NCBI GenBank assembly: GCA_000934665.2
Contig: JYFJ02002133.1
Span: 1-62,563 of the forward strand
Origin: Catajapyx aquilonaris
Lineage: Eukaryota
Reading direction: 5' to 3'
DNA length: 62,563 nucleotides
Shown: one piece after another, positions 40,501 through 54,226 of the stretch
Layout: the number at the start of each line of letters is the position of its first letter
Numbering within the stretch: the first letter of the stretch is position 1
Made by a program: the position numbers and the translations under genes
The notes under the pieces: model-generated
Databases searched by the model: none
The model's input: only the letters and a program-made list of their open reading frames with translations
Told to the model about the DNA's origin: nothing

Positions 40501-43155
40501 TTTGCTGCTCTGACAACTTGGTGATATATACCACAAGGTGTTTCTATCACCCACCACCCACTAGATGTACTTTTCCTACCTTTGTTTTTTTTTCTCGTTT
40601 TTTTAAGTGGCTGCACACTGCTGTATGGTCCACTCACAAAATGTGTGAGACTGGGGTGTCAATATGGGCGCGTGTCTAAATTCAGGTCGTACACAGTGGG
40701 CGCGAAGTGTTGCCAAAAGAGTTTATTTTTGTGGCGTGGTAGACGAACCGATTCGGTGACTTTTGTCGCGTTAGTATATACATGCAGGTAGCAGGTGTGT
40801 ATATTTCGTTTATTTTCAACAAGTTGCCATGATATATTTTGCAATAGGCCTATACACACGTTATGTTACAATATTTCAATTTTTAATTCAATAATGCGCT
40901 AAAATTATTTAGTGTCTCAATAGTCAGCAGTTGTGAACTAACTTTTTGGATCTGATCGCCATTCTGAATCATCAGACCATACCGACATGGCTATAGTAAC
41001 CCAAGTATTTAATCCGCATTAAATACTACAAAGGCCTACTGGAGGGTGTTCAATAAAACACTGCGTATAGTGTCGCAAAATAAGTCAACAATTTTAGGCG
41101 CTTTTTACAAACTCACAAGAAATTTAACGAATGTGCATATTAGAATATTCTATCTGTACCCACTTTAATGTCAATCGTAATCAGCCCTTAAAATAGACCT
41201 CCACTTGCTCACTGTATGAACATGTACTTCTTTAAAACAATGTTGTATCCCAGCCCTGTCTACTCCTAATGGCCAAAAAGCCCAACGGGGTAAAATAAAA
41301 TAAAAATAAAAATATTCAAGTTGTTGAGCCTAATGCATATTTTTATAATTATTGCACGAGTTACTTAAATATTACGATAAAATCATTTGACAAAAAAATT
41401 CAAGCATCACAGAGTGCATATTTACTATTCGTCATGAAATACAGTTTGTGTATATAGTATTAGGTCCAAAATGATATATGGTGAATTGTTGCAAAAGATG
41501 ACCGGGCATCTTTAGAAGTCAATGAGTAATCCATAATCAAAATAATTTGGTATTTTATGATGACTTTCTTAGTTTATAATATATCAGTTACATCAGTCTC
41601 TTAATCATGGCCCGGTGGGGATAACGCACTTGATGTGCTGAAACCACCAATAACCAATAACAGTCCCCTAAAGCGAAATATTAGAAAAAAAAGTTATTAA
41701 ATAAAAGATAATGCAATCTTCCAACAATCAAATCTGGAACTCATTCCAACCCATTTCAGGTTTCGAATTTATTATTGCTGCTCAATTACAAGTGTGAATA
41801 CAAATGAAAATTACATACCCAATTAATCATAAATTGCTCAATTTCATAATTTTTATTCCCCATAATAAATCCCTCGAAGCATTTGTTGCTCATAAATCAA
41901 AGAACAACATTGCCACGACATAATCAATTTAACCCCCCCCCCCAATATCCACCCCAATAAAAATTACTACGGTATACTGCTCATCTTAAAACCCCAATAA
42001 TAACCACAACCGGCAATAATTGCCGAATAAAATAATAAAACAATTTCTTCCCTCCCCCGCTGGAATAGTGTAACGCAACCGTGATCGGAATAAGCGGGCC
42101 CTTGTGGGACAGGTAGAATAGATAACTTAATTACCAGGTGAAGGATAATGAATAACAGTGAAAACTGTAATTTCCGCTGATGAAATGAAGTAGTAGGCCG
42201 GGGCCTCGGCCGTCCCGACCTCAGTACCCGAGCCAAACATTGTGGGGGCCTTGATTTGTAGCCCGGGACGTCCCTAAGCCCAGTCTGCAGGCTACATCCA
42301 ACCGCTTTACGACTCAATAATGCCCACCCCTGCCTGCCACCTGACTACTCACCGGAATCGCTCATCCCAATTCCTACATCTTAGTATGCGTATACTCATC
42401 AGTCAAGGGAAAAATAAAGTGTGGCTACACCTGGTGAGGAATAAAAATTACCCGGTCGATACCATACGAAATGAAAATTGTAGACGCGTTTTGCTGTTTC
42501 TTTTTTTTCCCCCATGCTTCTATATACACCCCTCTGTTAGATATCGGAGATTTTGTGCCGGAGTCGTGCAATATTAATCCACATGCCGCAGACGCACCCA
42601 AAACTAACTGAGTCCTAATAACCTGCAAGCCCTCTTCTTCCCAGGCATTGAGAATATGGATGAGTATTGACTGTTCGGATTGTAATCACATCTGGGGATC
42701 GATGGGTGGTGGAATTTTATTCCCGAGCGACTCACACGTTGGGAAGCATATGGATAGCATTTACTAGATGTGTCATATGGATAATAAACAAATTTCAAAT
42801 TGTACAATAATGTAGCCTATACTGTGAAAACAACCGTCAGCACTCGCTCAAGGTGAAGTCTTTATGCATGAAATAACAATTATAATCACCTAAAACTATT
42901 AAAATGCTATAATTCACGCATCCAGGCAGCAGTATATTATAAGGCAGTTTAAAATCGCCATATCAATTGACACTTTTGTACTACACTCCAGATTGGTGTA
43001 ATCCTACAAGCGTAATGTAAATCAATGGCAGTTTCATCATGATCGATTAATGAAATTTGCTTTCTGATACGGTGTGGAGAGTTTATCTTTGCCCATCTAG
43101 TATTCATAGGCAGCGGCGCAAAATCCTCAGTGGAAAAACACAGCATATCGCTTAC

Positions 43156-43235
43156 CAGCCAGTCGATATGTGTCTATGTGCTGAAGTCATAAACAGGAAG
43201 TGATTCTTACCTGCAAAGAAGAAAGACAAATTTAG

Positions 43236-43236
<1 letters not shown>
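43156..43236 (-). other. Recursive splice site (ratchet point) with 55-nt RS-exon
   Basis: Minus strand cctaaatttgtctttcttctttgCAG|GTAAGA (junction 43211/43210), followed 55 nt later by CTG|GTAAGC (43155). Same strand as Antp. Confidence 0.7.

Positions 43237-43304
<68 letters not shown>
43237..43304. repeat. (AAT)n microsatellite abutting the ratchet point
   Basis: About 22 AAT units. Confidence 0.95.
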
Positions 43305-43307
<3 letters not shown>

Positions 43308-46300
43308 CCACACCTATAGGGCAATATATAGGCACATGCAAGCTTCAACATTACGAAATAGGCGGGTAACTGAACGGAGCTCATACTTCATTCACCACTG
43401 TGGCCCGTACATAAAATTGACATTTATGTTCCTGCATATTTGCAGCGACTTCCCCCCCCCCCCCCCNGGTTCAAATAAATGCACCACAAGAGCCATAAAA
43501 TACCTTGAAAAACACAACATGTCCGCACGATTTGTACAACATTTTCATTTAACACCTTTTACACTCCATCAAAGTTCATCAAACCAGTTTAGCCACCTAT
43601 TACCCTGGTTATTTAAGATATCGCTACCGGTACTTGCTCTGCGGTACAAAACTCGAAAACCGGTTAGTCATAGTCTTGAGCTGATCCCAAGCGCATAGAT
43701 ATGAGGCGATATATCCTCTGGGATGCCTCTCAGACGAGTTGTGTTCAATCAGATCGTTCCCCAACTTTGGGCCCCAAAGTCAATTTGAGGAAACTCTATA
43801 TGAGAAGCACACCAAAATGGGGGGATGGAGAGGAGGGGAGGGGGAGGGGGAGGAAGGAAAAGACGTACTATCCTACGATAGCCCAATACGCCTTAGGGAA
43901 TAGCCCTAAGGACTTAACAAACATGGAGTAGGGTGGAGACGTGGTGTGTTGATAGGGACTCCCAACGCCAATATTTCAGAACATTTCTCGCCACATATTT
44001 AGTTTTATCCCACCAATTTACAAGTCGTCGTGCACATTCTATGCGATTTATTCTGTTGGAAAGCAGAGGTAGAAAAAGATCTCCCCTCAAAACATACCCA
44101 TGTAGATTTTCAGTAAGACGATGTGATTTATAGTTTGTGCCCGACGCTTTTTAGACCATACAGTGGTACCATATGCTGCTGTCGAACCCCCAAAAAATGA
44201 CAAATGACTACATAGGCCTACAGTTAATTATTATATACAAGATTATAATAATATGGTGAATATGGTTCATATTATGCGCGCCGGAGGGAATTGTTGTGAT
44301 GGTGTGTATAGCTTCTTTGTTGAGATTGCTTTCGGTGTAGTTGGTGCAGGTAGCCGGGTCCGCCCATCCCTTTGGGAGAATGAAGATTGATTGATTGATT
44401 CAGATCCTTACCCTACTAATTTTATGAAGATTGTAACTGTCGTTTTCGAGCGGCAATGCATCTTTTCATTCGAAGGGCCCAAATTAATGGTACCAAGAGT
44501 GTCGCTCTATTGCGTATTGGGTGGTCAATCCTTGTGTTCCAAATGTAATTTGTTTTAAATAAGAGCAATTATATGGACACACTCAAATAAATATAGTATG
44601 GTGCTGTACTTTGATGTTAGCTTGTTCAACTTTAGAAACCAGAGATTTGAAGTCAGTAGCATTAAACTTGACATTGGTCAGAGGTCATGACGGTCAGTAA
44701 GAACCGGGGGTTGGACAGTCCATTACTTAGGTAAATGCATGTCTATTTTTTATACACCAAAATCATATCCATTTTATGCCTACATCTCTGAAATTCGTTT
44801 GTTTTGTTACGGATAGCAACCGAAATGTGTTGTTATATACACTGTATCTATACAGGCCTACGTACTGTAAGTTATCTTCCGCATTTACCAATAATGTTGT
44901 AAATTGTAGAATGAACGTGGAAAACTTTTCAAAATGCGGGATCGGCCTAATAAACTAATACAAATAAAATAATTATTGGAATTAATATACCTGTTAGACA
45001 AATATCCCGTTGAAGTGAAAACACGCACAACCGGTAATCCTGGTAATAACATTTACCAACTACAAAATTCATGACATAAGCAATTAGTAAATGGAGGGTG
45101 ACACAGGTTAGTACAGTTCCCCCTTCCCCTCCTTTTTGAGCGAGCACAAGTGGAAGGTCTGCACGCCCTTCCACGACTCATGATCCACGATGACAAAGTG
45201 CATCGTTCTTCGTTGGACTAAAATCTCACAATACATTTCCCCCAGAATGAAAATAATCGAGATCAGTCACTCTGTCTGATACCTCGCCCCTCCTTTCAGA
45301 CATTTTGGGGACTGTGGAGCAGACGAGCAAACCGACCAACCCGGGCTTCTAGATGGGGGACTGCTGATGCTGGGGGAGGCCCAGAGAACCCTCGTTTTTA
45401 GGGGGGAGGCTCATGGCAGCCAGCTTCCTTTCTCTGCATTCTACCCTTCGGAGATGATACATGCTGGAGGCTGATTCACAGCTAGCTCCCCTCCCCCTTA
45501 TCCCCTATTCCTCCCCACCCTCCCTCACAGCAATCCAAAGCAGTCCAAACCTACATGGCTCTGAATTTCTGGCTCGAGCAATCATTTCCCCAAGCCTATG
45601 GGATACATGCTCAGTCTTCCGGTCCCCTTCCCCTTATCTATACAGTGTCTTGACTCATTCAGTCCAACTGTATCAACATGTTCCTAACAATTATTGCTCA
45701 TCCAGTTCTCCTATTACAGGGCAGGAGGTGCAGGCCTACGCTATCAGGACAAACAAGACATGACGAATCGGTTGCCTACATGCCCAGGGACTAATATCCA
45801 GCCGAAGAGGATTGTTGGAACTGATAAACTGGATCGAATGTTGTGAAGTATATATCGAACTCCCTGTCATCACTATAATATGTGGAACTAGTCTTAGAAA
45901 TTCAAATGTAAGGTATGAATGTTAAGCGTATTTTGTAATTCACCTTGACATTTTTCAGTTCATCTTATTTTTGGCATTTTCAGGCAATAAAATCACGTTG
46001 GTGCATAATTTATGTCCAATCCTGTCATGCAATGCGGCATATATTTACTATTGTCAATCACAGCATATAAAAACTGAATAATACATCCATTCAAAATATG
46101 TTACATGTCACCTAAGTATATAAATTAATTATGTAAAGAAAAGCCAGTAATCAAGCAATGGTATGAAACTATTAATAACGGCATTAAAGCATTCTAATAG
46201 TATTTAAAATATTACACTCAAAACTCCGAAAAAGTACTGCGATTGGCAATTTAATATCCTTCAAAAAATTGGTAGGATATTCTTTGGTTGCTTTATACGG

Positions 46301-47720
46301 TAAACAACTTGATATGAAAAGTCAAAAGAGCATCTCACAACATGCTAGGCTTTTACAGTTTTACTTGCATCATTTTCGCTTCTAATTCAATTAATGGCAC
46401 TTCAATCGCTATGCCGCTAATACTATTTCCGATTAATTAATTCATATACAGTATATAAATGAGTGCAAAATCTGATGAAATTACAGTAGAAACTGGATTA
46501 TTTGACCCACGAATCATCAGAAAATCTTATTAACTTTGAGATAATAATGCATTGGCGTCCACCATTGATACCGGTATAATCTTATATAGGCACAATCGGA
46601 AATCCCGCTTCAAGTTTGGATTTAAATATGAATATATAAAATATTCGCATTTCATTAAGCATTGAATAATCTTGAAATTGAGCGGGAAAGGAAGGGACAT
46701 TGAATATGATTAATGAAATGACAGCGAACTGAAGATTAATGTCCGTGAACTGGAATGGAATTACGCCGTTTGAATGAAGATTCATACGAGATCTAGAATT
46801 TAAAATGTATGATGCTCATCAGGAAATACGTAGTCTACACTTAGATATTTTGCCGACCTTTCCAAAATAAGTGACAATGCATTTGATAAAATTTTACCCT
46901 GCTGCAAAAAGTTATATTATGTAAAGCAAAAAGGGCAGTGCTTTAATGGAGAAGGTGATAAACACATGGAAAATAATATAACCCTTGTAATTATTAATAA
47001 ACCCGACTACAACAAATTAACTCATGTAATGCTATATAGTATATACCATACACGTTGCCATATACGTTGCATATTAGACCATTTTATTTCAGGTCATGTA
47101 TTGAACATAAATGCAGCTTGTGGATATTATCTATAGGGTGGATACTATACAAGTAAAGCTTTAAAGCTCTAAAAACTCAGTGTATTCACTCATGTACCTA
47201 TAATCCCGCTTCATCAGATATTGTATGCTATGGATTCAAAGTACATTCGTGAAATTAAGTGTTGGAACTTTCAAACGACAGCATCTATATTACAGGTTGT
47301 TGATTAAGTGTCATCATTTTCATGCCACATGAAATAAAGGATCTTGTCGTTCATTATACTCTGAAAGCCCATACTGCATAATAATTAGACAGCTTGTGAA
47401 TGGCCGTTTTATTTTGACAATAAGACAGCATGGCTTTTGAAGCTATATCTTGACCTATACGATCCCACCAAAATAATCAGGTAAAATTCTATAATCTACT
47501 TGTAATGTATATAACAAAAGCAGCATAACTATTGTATTTTTCTTCACTAAGAGCCATTTATTTTGCAATGTTACTAACGTTTCAAGTAATTAGATGCCAT
47601 TAAAATTTGAAACACCCATGTACAGTACAGTACATAACAATTATATTGTATACCTTAATTTTGGCCGGTTATTGTAACGTATATATCATACATTAAGTGT
47701 GGTAAATGGGGGCATTAGTA

Positions 47721-48026
47721 CAGTCAGCCCCCGGTTATCCGCGGTAATTAGTTCTGAACTGTATATAATGTGTTTAACATATCCATCCTATATGATAAAT
47801 TTAATTTACAAATTATTACATCGATAAACGCGAATCAAGATAAAATAGAATTGTTATAATAATACAGTAGTACAACACTAATGAAATATACATACATACG
47901 GTGCATTTTAATTTACGAATTATACACGTTTACACATACAACAAGTGTATTGATACTGTACTGTACTTCACCTTTCATATTTTCAAACCGAGGATAACGA
48001 TAGCGGGTATCCGGGAGCCCGCATTG
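47721..48026. mobile_element. Degenerate Tc1/mariner-pogo (Tigger-like) MITE
   Basis: TA|CAGTCAGCCCCCGGTTATCCGC at the left end and GCGGGTATCCGGGAGCCCGCATTG|TA at the right (imperfect TIRs, TA flanks). AT-rich interior. Confidence 0.5.
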
Positions 48027-48135
48027 TATACCATATCTCACAGAATTGTGTCCACACGCGCTATTTTTCCTGCAAATCCCCCAGTACTTTTCCACAAGAT
48101 ATAGGCTCAAAAGTGTCTACCCTATGTTTCTCATG

Positions 48136-48441
48136 TAGCCATCCATCAAGTACGTCAAGCAGTAGGGGGTTGGTGGCAGCGTGACGGACCGTGACTTAGG
48201 GGAAGGGGAATGTCTCTGCCTACCGTGACGTTACGATCAATATAACCACAATTTAAAAAGTGACATGCGGATATTCATATTGAGCAGTTAACAAGTAAGT
48301 GATAAATATTACCTGGACAGTATGATGGGGCAAACTAGGCAACTTTTTGGAGGACAGTATGTTCCACTGTATCTGTGCGTGACATAACCGGGGTGGGGTC
48401 AAAAAGCCGAAAATCACCGTGACGCACTTAATGGATTGCCC
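48136..48441. mobile_element. Non-autonomous DNA transposon (MITE) with imperfect TIRs
   Basis: gccatccatcaagtacgtca at left vs tgacgcacttaatggattgc at right. Internal repeated (c)cgtgac motifs and GGGG tracts. Confidence 0.6.
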
Positions 48442-51400
48442 TTTGCTTGAATGAACAGATTGTAAAAAAAAATACGTCTAGACACGCAGAAAAGCATCGT
48501 CGCCAAGCAAACGAAATCCTTGGCAGGACAACCACCAGGTATATACGATCAGCCCAAAAACCGTGCCAATCCCCACAGCTCTGTTTCTCTCCCCTCCCAC
48601 CCCTCTTAGAATGTGCTGCTGCACATAAATAACCCCTCTTCCTCCCCATGTCTTATATAGGTACAAGAAAGTGGGCGTCATAACGAAACGGTGGCAACCA
48701 AGTACCTTAATCAATAAGCCGCACCTGCAAAAACCAAAAATAAGGCAAGTTTCCATCTTTGCTTATTGCGACTGCTTTTAGTTAGCAAAACCGCTCCCGG
48801 TCCGGAAGGTGACGGCATGAAACATGGCGACAGATGTTTCAAAAGCCACCAGCTCTTTCGGGAAGAATGCCATCTCACACCTCCCCCTTAGAAAGTGTGC
48901 TAAGAAAAATACTGGCAGATTGTCATTTTTGGTTGATCGCTCTCAGCATGTGTGTCCACATACTACTGGAAATGCATGGAGTTTTGCTGTGGCATGACTG
49001 AGGTTCCTCAGTTGAAAAGCAAAGAGGGAAGCTCCCAAGACCGAGTGATTTAGAGCTGGCCAAAGAAGAGGAGGTGGAAAATCCTCCTCATCCCCCCACC
49101 TTCCCTCTCTCCCCACGCAGGAAGGAGGCGCCCCTTGCTTTTATGATGAAAACAGGCCGCCTCCGCTAGGTCTGAAAGTGAGAGACGATGCTTCCTGCAC
49201 TCCGGAAAGCGTCAGCACCGCCTGCCCATTATATATGTCGCTCTTCTTTCTTTTTCTTCCAACTCCCCCCCAAAAGATGTCTTCGAATCTACCCCTCCCA
49301 ACACCCCCTCTACCTCCCATCAAAATGCTCGCAGAAATTATGTAGCAATTATACAGCCATCCCCATTCTTCTGCTGACTGCGTGTTTCCTAGGGTGATGA
49401 ATGAGGATTTTCTCTTCTTTGCCGGATGAGGCCTACCGTCGACCCAAAAGCCAGCCACCGAGCCCACCGCCATCTTTTTTAAAATAAAAAAAAACTTGGG
49501 GAGTGAGTGCTGCATCTGGCTGCTTGTCAAACTCCCGCCAGAAACCACTCGTGGTAGCGGCCATTGCTCATAGGTTTTCTACACGTGTCCGACTGCACTG
49601 CGGCACGCATGCATTTTAAGCATGCACTTGCAGATCCATATACTGCCCCATTATGCAGGTGAGAGGTAAAAATGTGAGTTTTTTTTTTAGCTCCGTCAGA
49701 ATATGCGATGAGAAGACGAGGAGATCAAAGTCGACAGAGATGAAAAATGTCAACTGCAGTTGGCGAAAGTTCCATCTGTCATAGTGTTAGCTGTGAGAAT
49801 TACTACTATAGGACGTTTCCAGCTGCTGAATGGTTACGTCTGGCGGAGAAGAATAATATTTATACGGTTTGGCGTCATTTTTGGAGTACATTGGATTCCA
49901 TTATCGCTGAAATGGCTGAATAGCAGTCAGATCTGTTCCAGCCTTTTCAAGTCTGCCCCCACAACTCGTGATGCTAAAGACTAAAGCGAGAAATAAATCA
50001 CCAATTTCGCATGAGCAAAAGATGCATACTTATGACATGTTAATAATCCATAATGGCCTATTTTTTTTCCTCCGTTGGCAATATAATAGTCCGCTATCTA
50101 GTACATCGGACCGTAACTTAATGGATAGGGTCAGGCAAGAGCGCTCCTCAGAAACGAAAATATTTATTGTCGTGTGTGCAGCTCCTGATAACACGGGCAC
50201 ATGCGCCGAAACGACTTGTTGTTTTCGCCATGCCTTCAGCATCCGCACAGTTTTTAATGAGACCATGTGTCCTTCCTGGCACGATCTCACGCAATCAACA
50301 CGCCAGCTCACATTCTGCATGCAGCAATCGCAACCATAACACTGGTGACAACCCCAACCAAAATGGCTGACCTGGTCCGCGACTTTTTATGCCTCCCTAA
50401 GTGGCAGCTAGCGAATAAATAGCTTCGGGTAGGTCGCCGCCATGCACTTTGGTAGGGGGGCCAGGCAAGGACCCAGGGAGCCAATCCAGGACCAAATGGA
50501 AACCCAAAAGGAACTTGGGGGGAAACGGATGAGTCATGGCGGCGGAGGTTCCTGATTCAGCCGGCTGGGGGAAATTGAAGGAAAGAAGGGGAGATGGAAG
50601 ATGGTGGGCACCCCTGGCCAAATCCATCAAACAGGGCTTGTTTTAGGAGGGGGTGGGCCAGCAGGCTTCTGTTTGGATTCCTATCTATAGGGAGGTTCAC
50701 GCACTGGGTTGGGCTCCCCCAGCTTCTGGTGAACTACTAGGAAAAAAGTCCTATCGGGGTTCTCGTGTCTTGCTACTAATCACTCTGGGTAAAATCAATT
50801 TACCTGCCTGCTATGCCAAGGACAAGTGGAATAAAAATGAGACTCTTAATAGAGTGTTGACGTGAGTGTACGTATCTGTCACGCGAAGGGAGATTTACGG
50901 GTGGTTTGTCCAAGTGCGGTTCTGCGTAGCACAGGCCTATGCAAATAATTGAAACATCCACGTTATTATTGCACGAGGGCTGGGCTACATGCGATTTATT
51001 ATTAATGACGCGCCTCCAATATGTGACAAGTGACTGCCGCATGCAGGTTCCCGCTTATCCCTGGATAACATTCCCTCCTATGGAACAATAGGCCTACCCG
51101 CCTCTGATGAATTGGTCACCCAATTATTCATTAGGCTTACTAAGGCGTCATGACACACGCCTATTTCTGTCCTTCTTTGTTGATTAACACGATTCCAGTG
51201 GCAGAAAATTGATGCCTTATAAGTGAATGATTAATATTCTTTGTTACAACGCACTTGGGCATGACTTTCTCATTGATATAATTCGGCTCCAAAAAATTCG
51301 GCGCCTCTGCATCGATTATGTGGTGAAAGTTAGTATATAATTTTCCTGCCCAGTATTATTACGTACTGCCAACCCTTTTCTGGTTGTTGTATTGCCAGAA

Positions 51401-54015
51401 AAAAATACCGCTCGATTCTCACGATGCTATCTACTACCGCCGCACTATACTAAAGTGGCAAACAGGACCCCCAAAATAATACCGGAATCCGCATTACTTG
51501 CCACACCGCGATAGGCATGCTCATTAATTTTAATCTGACATGCTCGACAGCATGTACTGCAAATAATTCCAAAGGTCATAAATAAATGCAGAGGGCGGAA
51601 ATAAATACACATTACACGACTTTCAATCCGTGCACGTAATTGAAATTTGTTGCAATTAGAGAGCCCCAATTGGTCTCAGCAACCGACCTGAAAATTCTGG
51701 TACGGCAAAGTCATTCTGGACACGCCAATAGTTCCTGATGCACGAACTGTGATTTGAAAATAACCGATCCGGACCCCCAAAATCGGCATTGGAAGTAGGG
51801 CCTATGACATCTCCATAAAAAGAAGGTATATCCACAGGATATCTTTGGGAAACATAGAAAAATTGGATCACGATAGTCAAAGGTGACTGTAATTATCTCT
51901 TGTTTGAGAGAACGGAACAGGTGCAGTGTGGAAATGTCCGCATCTGTCTCACGTTTGATGCATTCCATTTGCATGAGCTTGGGAGGAGGGGGGACGATAT
52001 CGGAAATCTTTTGACCTTCGTAATGCCGATTTGAATAGCAAAACCTGAGTGAATTTGGATTCGCCCTCACGCAAGCTCAATTTCCTTTTGTGACAGCAAA
52101 CAAAGACGTCACCACCTGTACGTATCAATTGTTTCACCTGGACTAATGCGCCTTACCTGACAATAGGCGTGGCGCTACTATACGCTAAGGTGCACGCGAT
52201 GAGTTTCACCAAGTTGATTTTCGCCGGTACACTATTTTTCAAGGTTTCAAGGACATACAAGCTACCTCAACCTTACAAAGAGGGGGATGCTCTCTTTCTT
52301 CGACGTCACCTGGTAAGGCCATAAAAAACGGGAGATGCAGAAAGAATAGAAATTCCTAGGGACGACTTTTCCTTTCGAATATTCCCGGGCCCATGCCCTG
52401 CAGGTCATCCCCAAACAGGCGCGAATTTCAACTATCATGTCCACGCGCAAATAAACAGTTCACACCATAGTGACAAGGTCCCCATATCCCCCTTAATATA
52501 TTAATGAGAGATATTTCTGTACACAACCTGGGAACAGATCTTGATTAATTCGAATCGCCCGCTGAAACGACTGAGGGCCTCACACACACAAAAAAACAGG
52601 GGTTTTCTGTTTATCGCTCATGATATATGTGGTTGATGGTCCATTGGCAAAAAGCTTGACTATGCGTTTGGCTGATTGGAACTAATGTGTAAGGGAGCAT
52701 GCAGGGACATGTGAGATAAACTGTACAACCCGCGCCGACTCCAAATATCGATCTCGTAGATTTTCACCCCATCTGGGGGCTTAAAAACAAGCAAGACGCA
52801 TATTCATAGCATGTAACACCCCCCCCCCCCCCAACAAAAAAATCATGTGAAGATTATATCGTTGGCATATAAGAGAAATTCAATTTTGCTAGTCGTAAAA
52901 ATTGACAATGAGCCAGCAGGCCAGGATTTTCTGTATTCCCTATCATGTAAACAATGATCTAAATTATATCGAAACTATTTTTTTTTGGACAGTGGATTTC
53001 ACTTGTATTCCCAACGATATATCTCTCGCCTAAAGAAGCTTAGGGGGCCAGGTGGTCCGATTAAATTTCGATAAGAATCGATTTTAATTCTGGGCGTAAG
53101 CTGCTCGGCGACCCCAGCGACAGGAAAGTGACATTGTCGTGAAAATGCTGGAATGCTTATCTGATGCTAACTATATATCGCGTGCTATAGGCTGCTTTCA
53201 TTTCCACGAACGCTCGTGCATTGTTCACCATTTCTTTACACGGTCCCTTAATTGACTCCATGCATGTCCTCATGGTCGATTTTCTTACCAAATAACTACA
53301 AATCGCCCATTTTTAAATACACTATTGGAATTGAAATGTAACCAATGCAAAAATGTGCCCCTAGAGAATCCCAAAAAAATAGAGTAGGGGAGACGTAAAA
53401 AAAAAAAAAGTCAACGAGGCGCGAAACTTTTAATTTGGAGCGTGACTGGTGAGGAATCCATGGAGAATTTTATAGGCTAATAATATTGGAATGTGGGTGG
53501 CGCTGGCAAGCGAGAGGGCCCTGCATGCACGCACTTGTCCCTTCGGCCTTATAAACCCATCAGGGGCTTTGATACGGAGCCTGCTGCAGCAGCAGTTCAG
53601 CATTTCGGCCCTTGCCTCCCGCCAATCTGTTGGAAATATTTGAATGGGCTCATTCATCATGCTCTGGGGGGGTGGTAATGAGTAGTCAGCGAAATTTGAC
53701 GTCTGCACTCATAAATTACAGGCGTCCGTCCCAACCCGTCATTATTCTCCACTTGCACTGTGTCGGCCTTATCTCCCATTGATCTTTTCCCCCCTGTCCC
53801 TCCTTTGCCCCCCCCTCCCCCCCTCTTGATATATTTTTATAAAACTCCCCATGAAATTAGAGTACAAAATCCGGGTAGCAAATATCGATCTATTTGCAGG
53901 GGTCGACACGCCTGTTTGTAATGACACGACACTCTCAAATGTATTTCGTATTGAGCATATAACACTCTGAATAGGTAAACATAATAATATTATATTTCAT
54001 ATATAAAATTGACGC

Positions 54016-54226
54016 AATGTGAATAAAATAGTTCAGAATTGTGCACAAAATAATTCAGAGAGGTGCACAAAATAATTCAGAGAGGTGCATAAAATATATT
54101 TCATAGGTGCGTAAATTGATTCAGAATTGTGCATAATTTATTGAGAAATGCGAGTAAAACCATTCAGAATGAAGCATAAAATTTATTCAGAGGTGCATAA
54201 TTTATTTCAGAATGGGGAGTAAAATA
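54016..54226. repeat. ~21-22-bp AT-rich minisatellite (~10 degenerate units)
   Basis: Units such as gtgcacaaaataattcagagag, gtgcataaaatatatttcatag and gtgcataatttatttcagaatg. Confidence 0.85.

Noticed and set aside
52150..52165. CAG|GTAAGG juxtaposition on the minus strand
   Set aside because: No polypyrimidine tract upstream, so a poor ratchet-point candidate.
54016..54226. CRISPR-like array
   Set aside because: Contiguous degenerate units without unique spacers, in a eukaryotic locus: a minisatellite.
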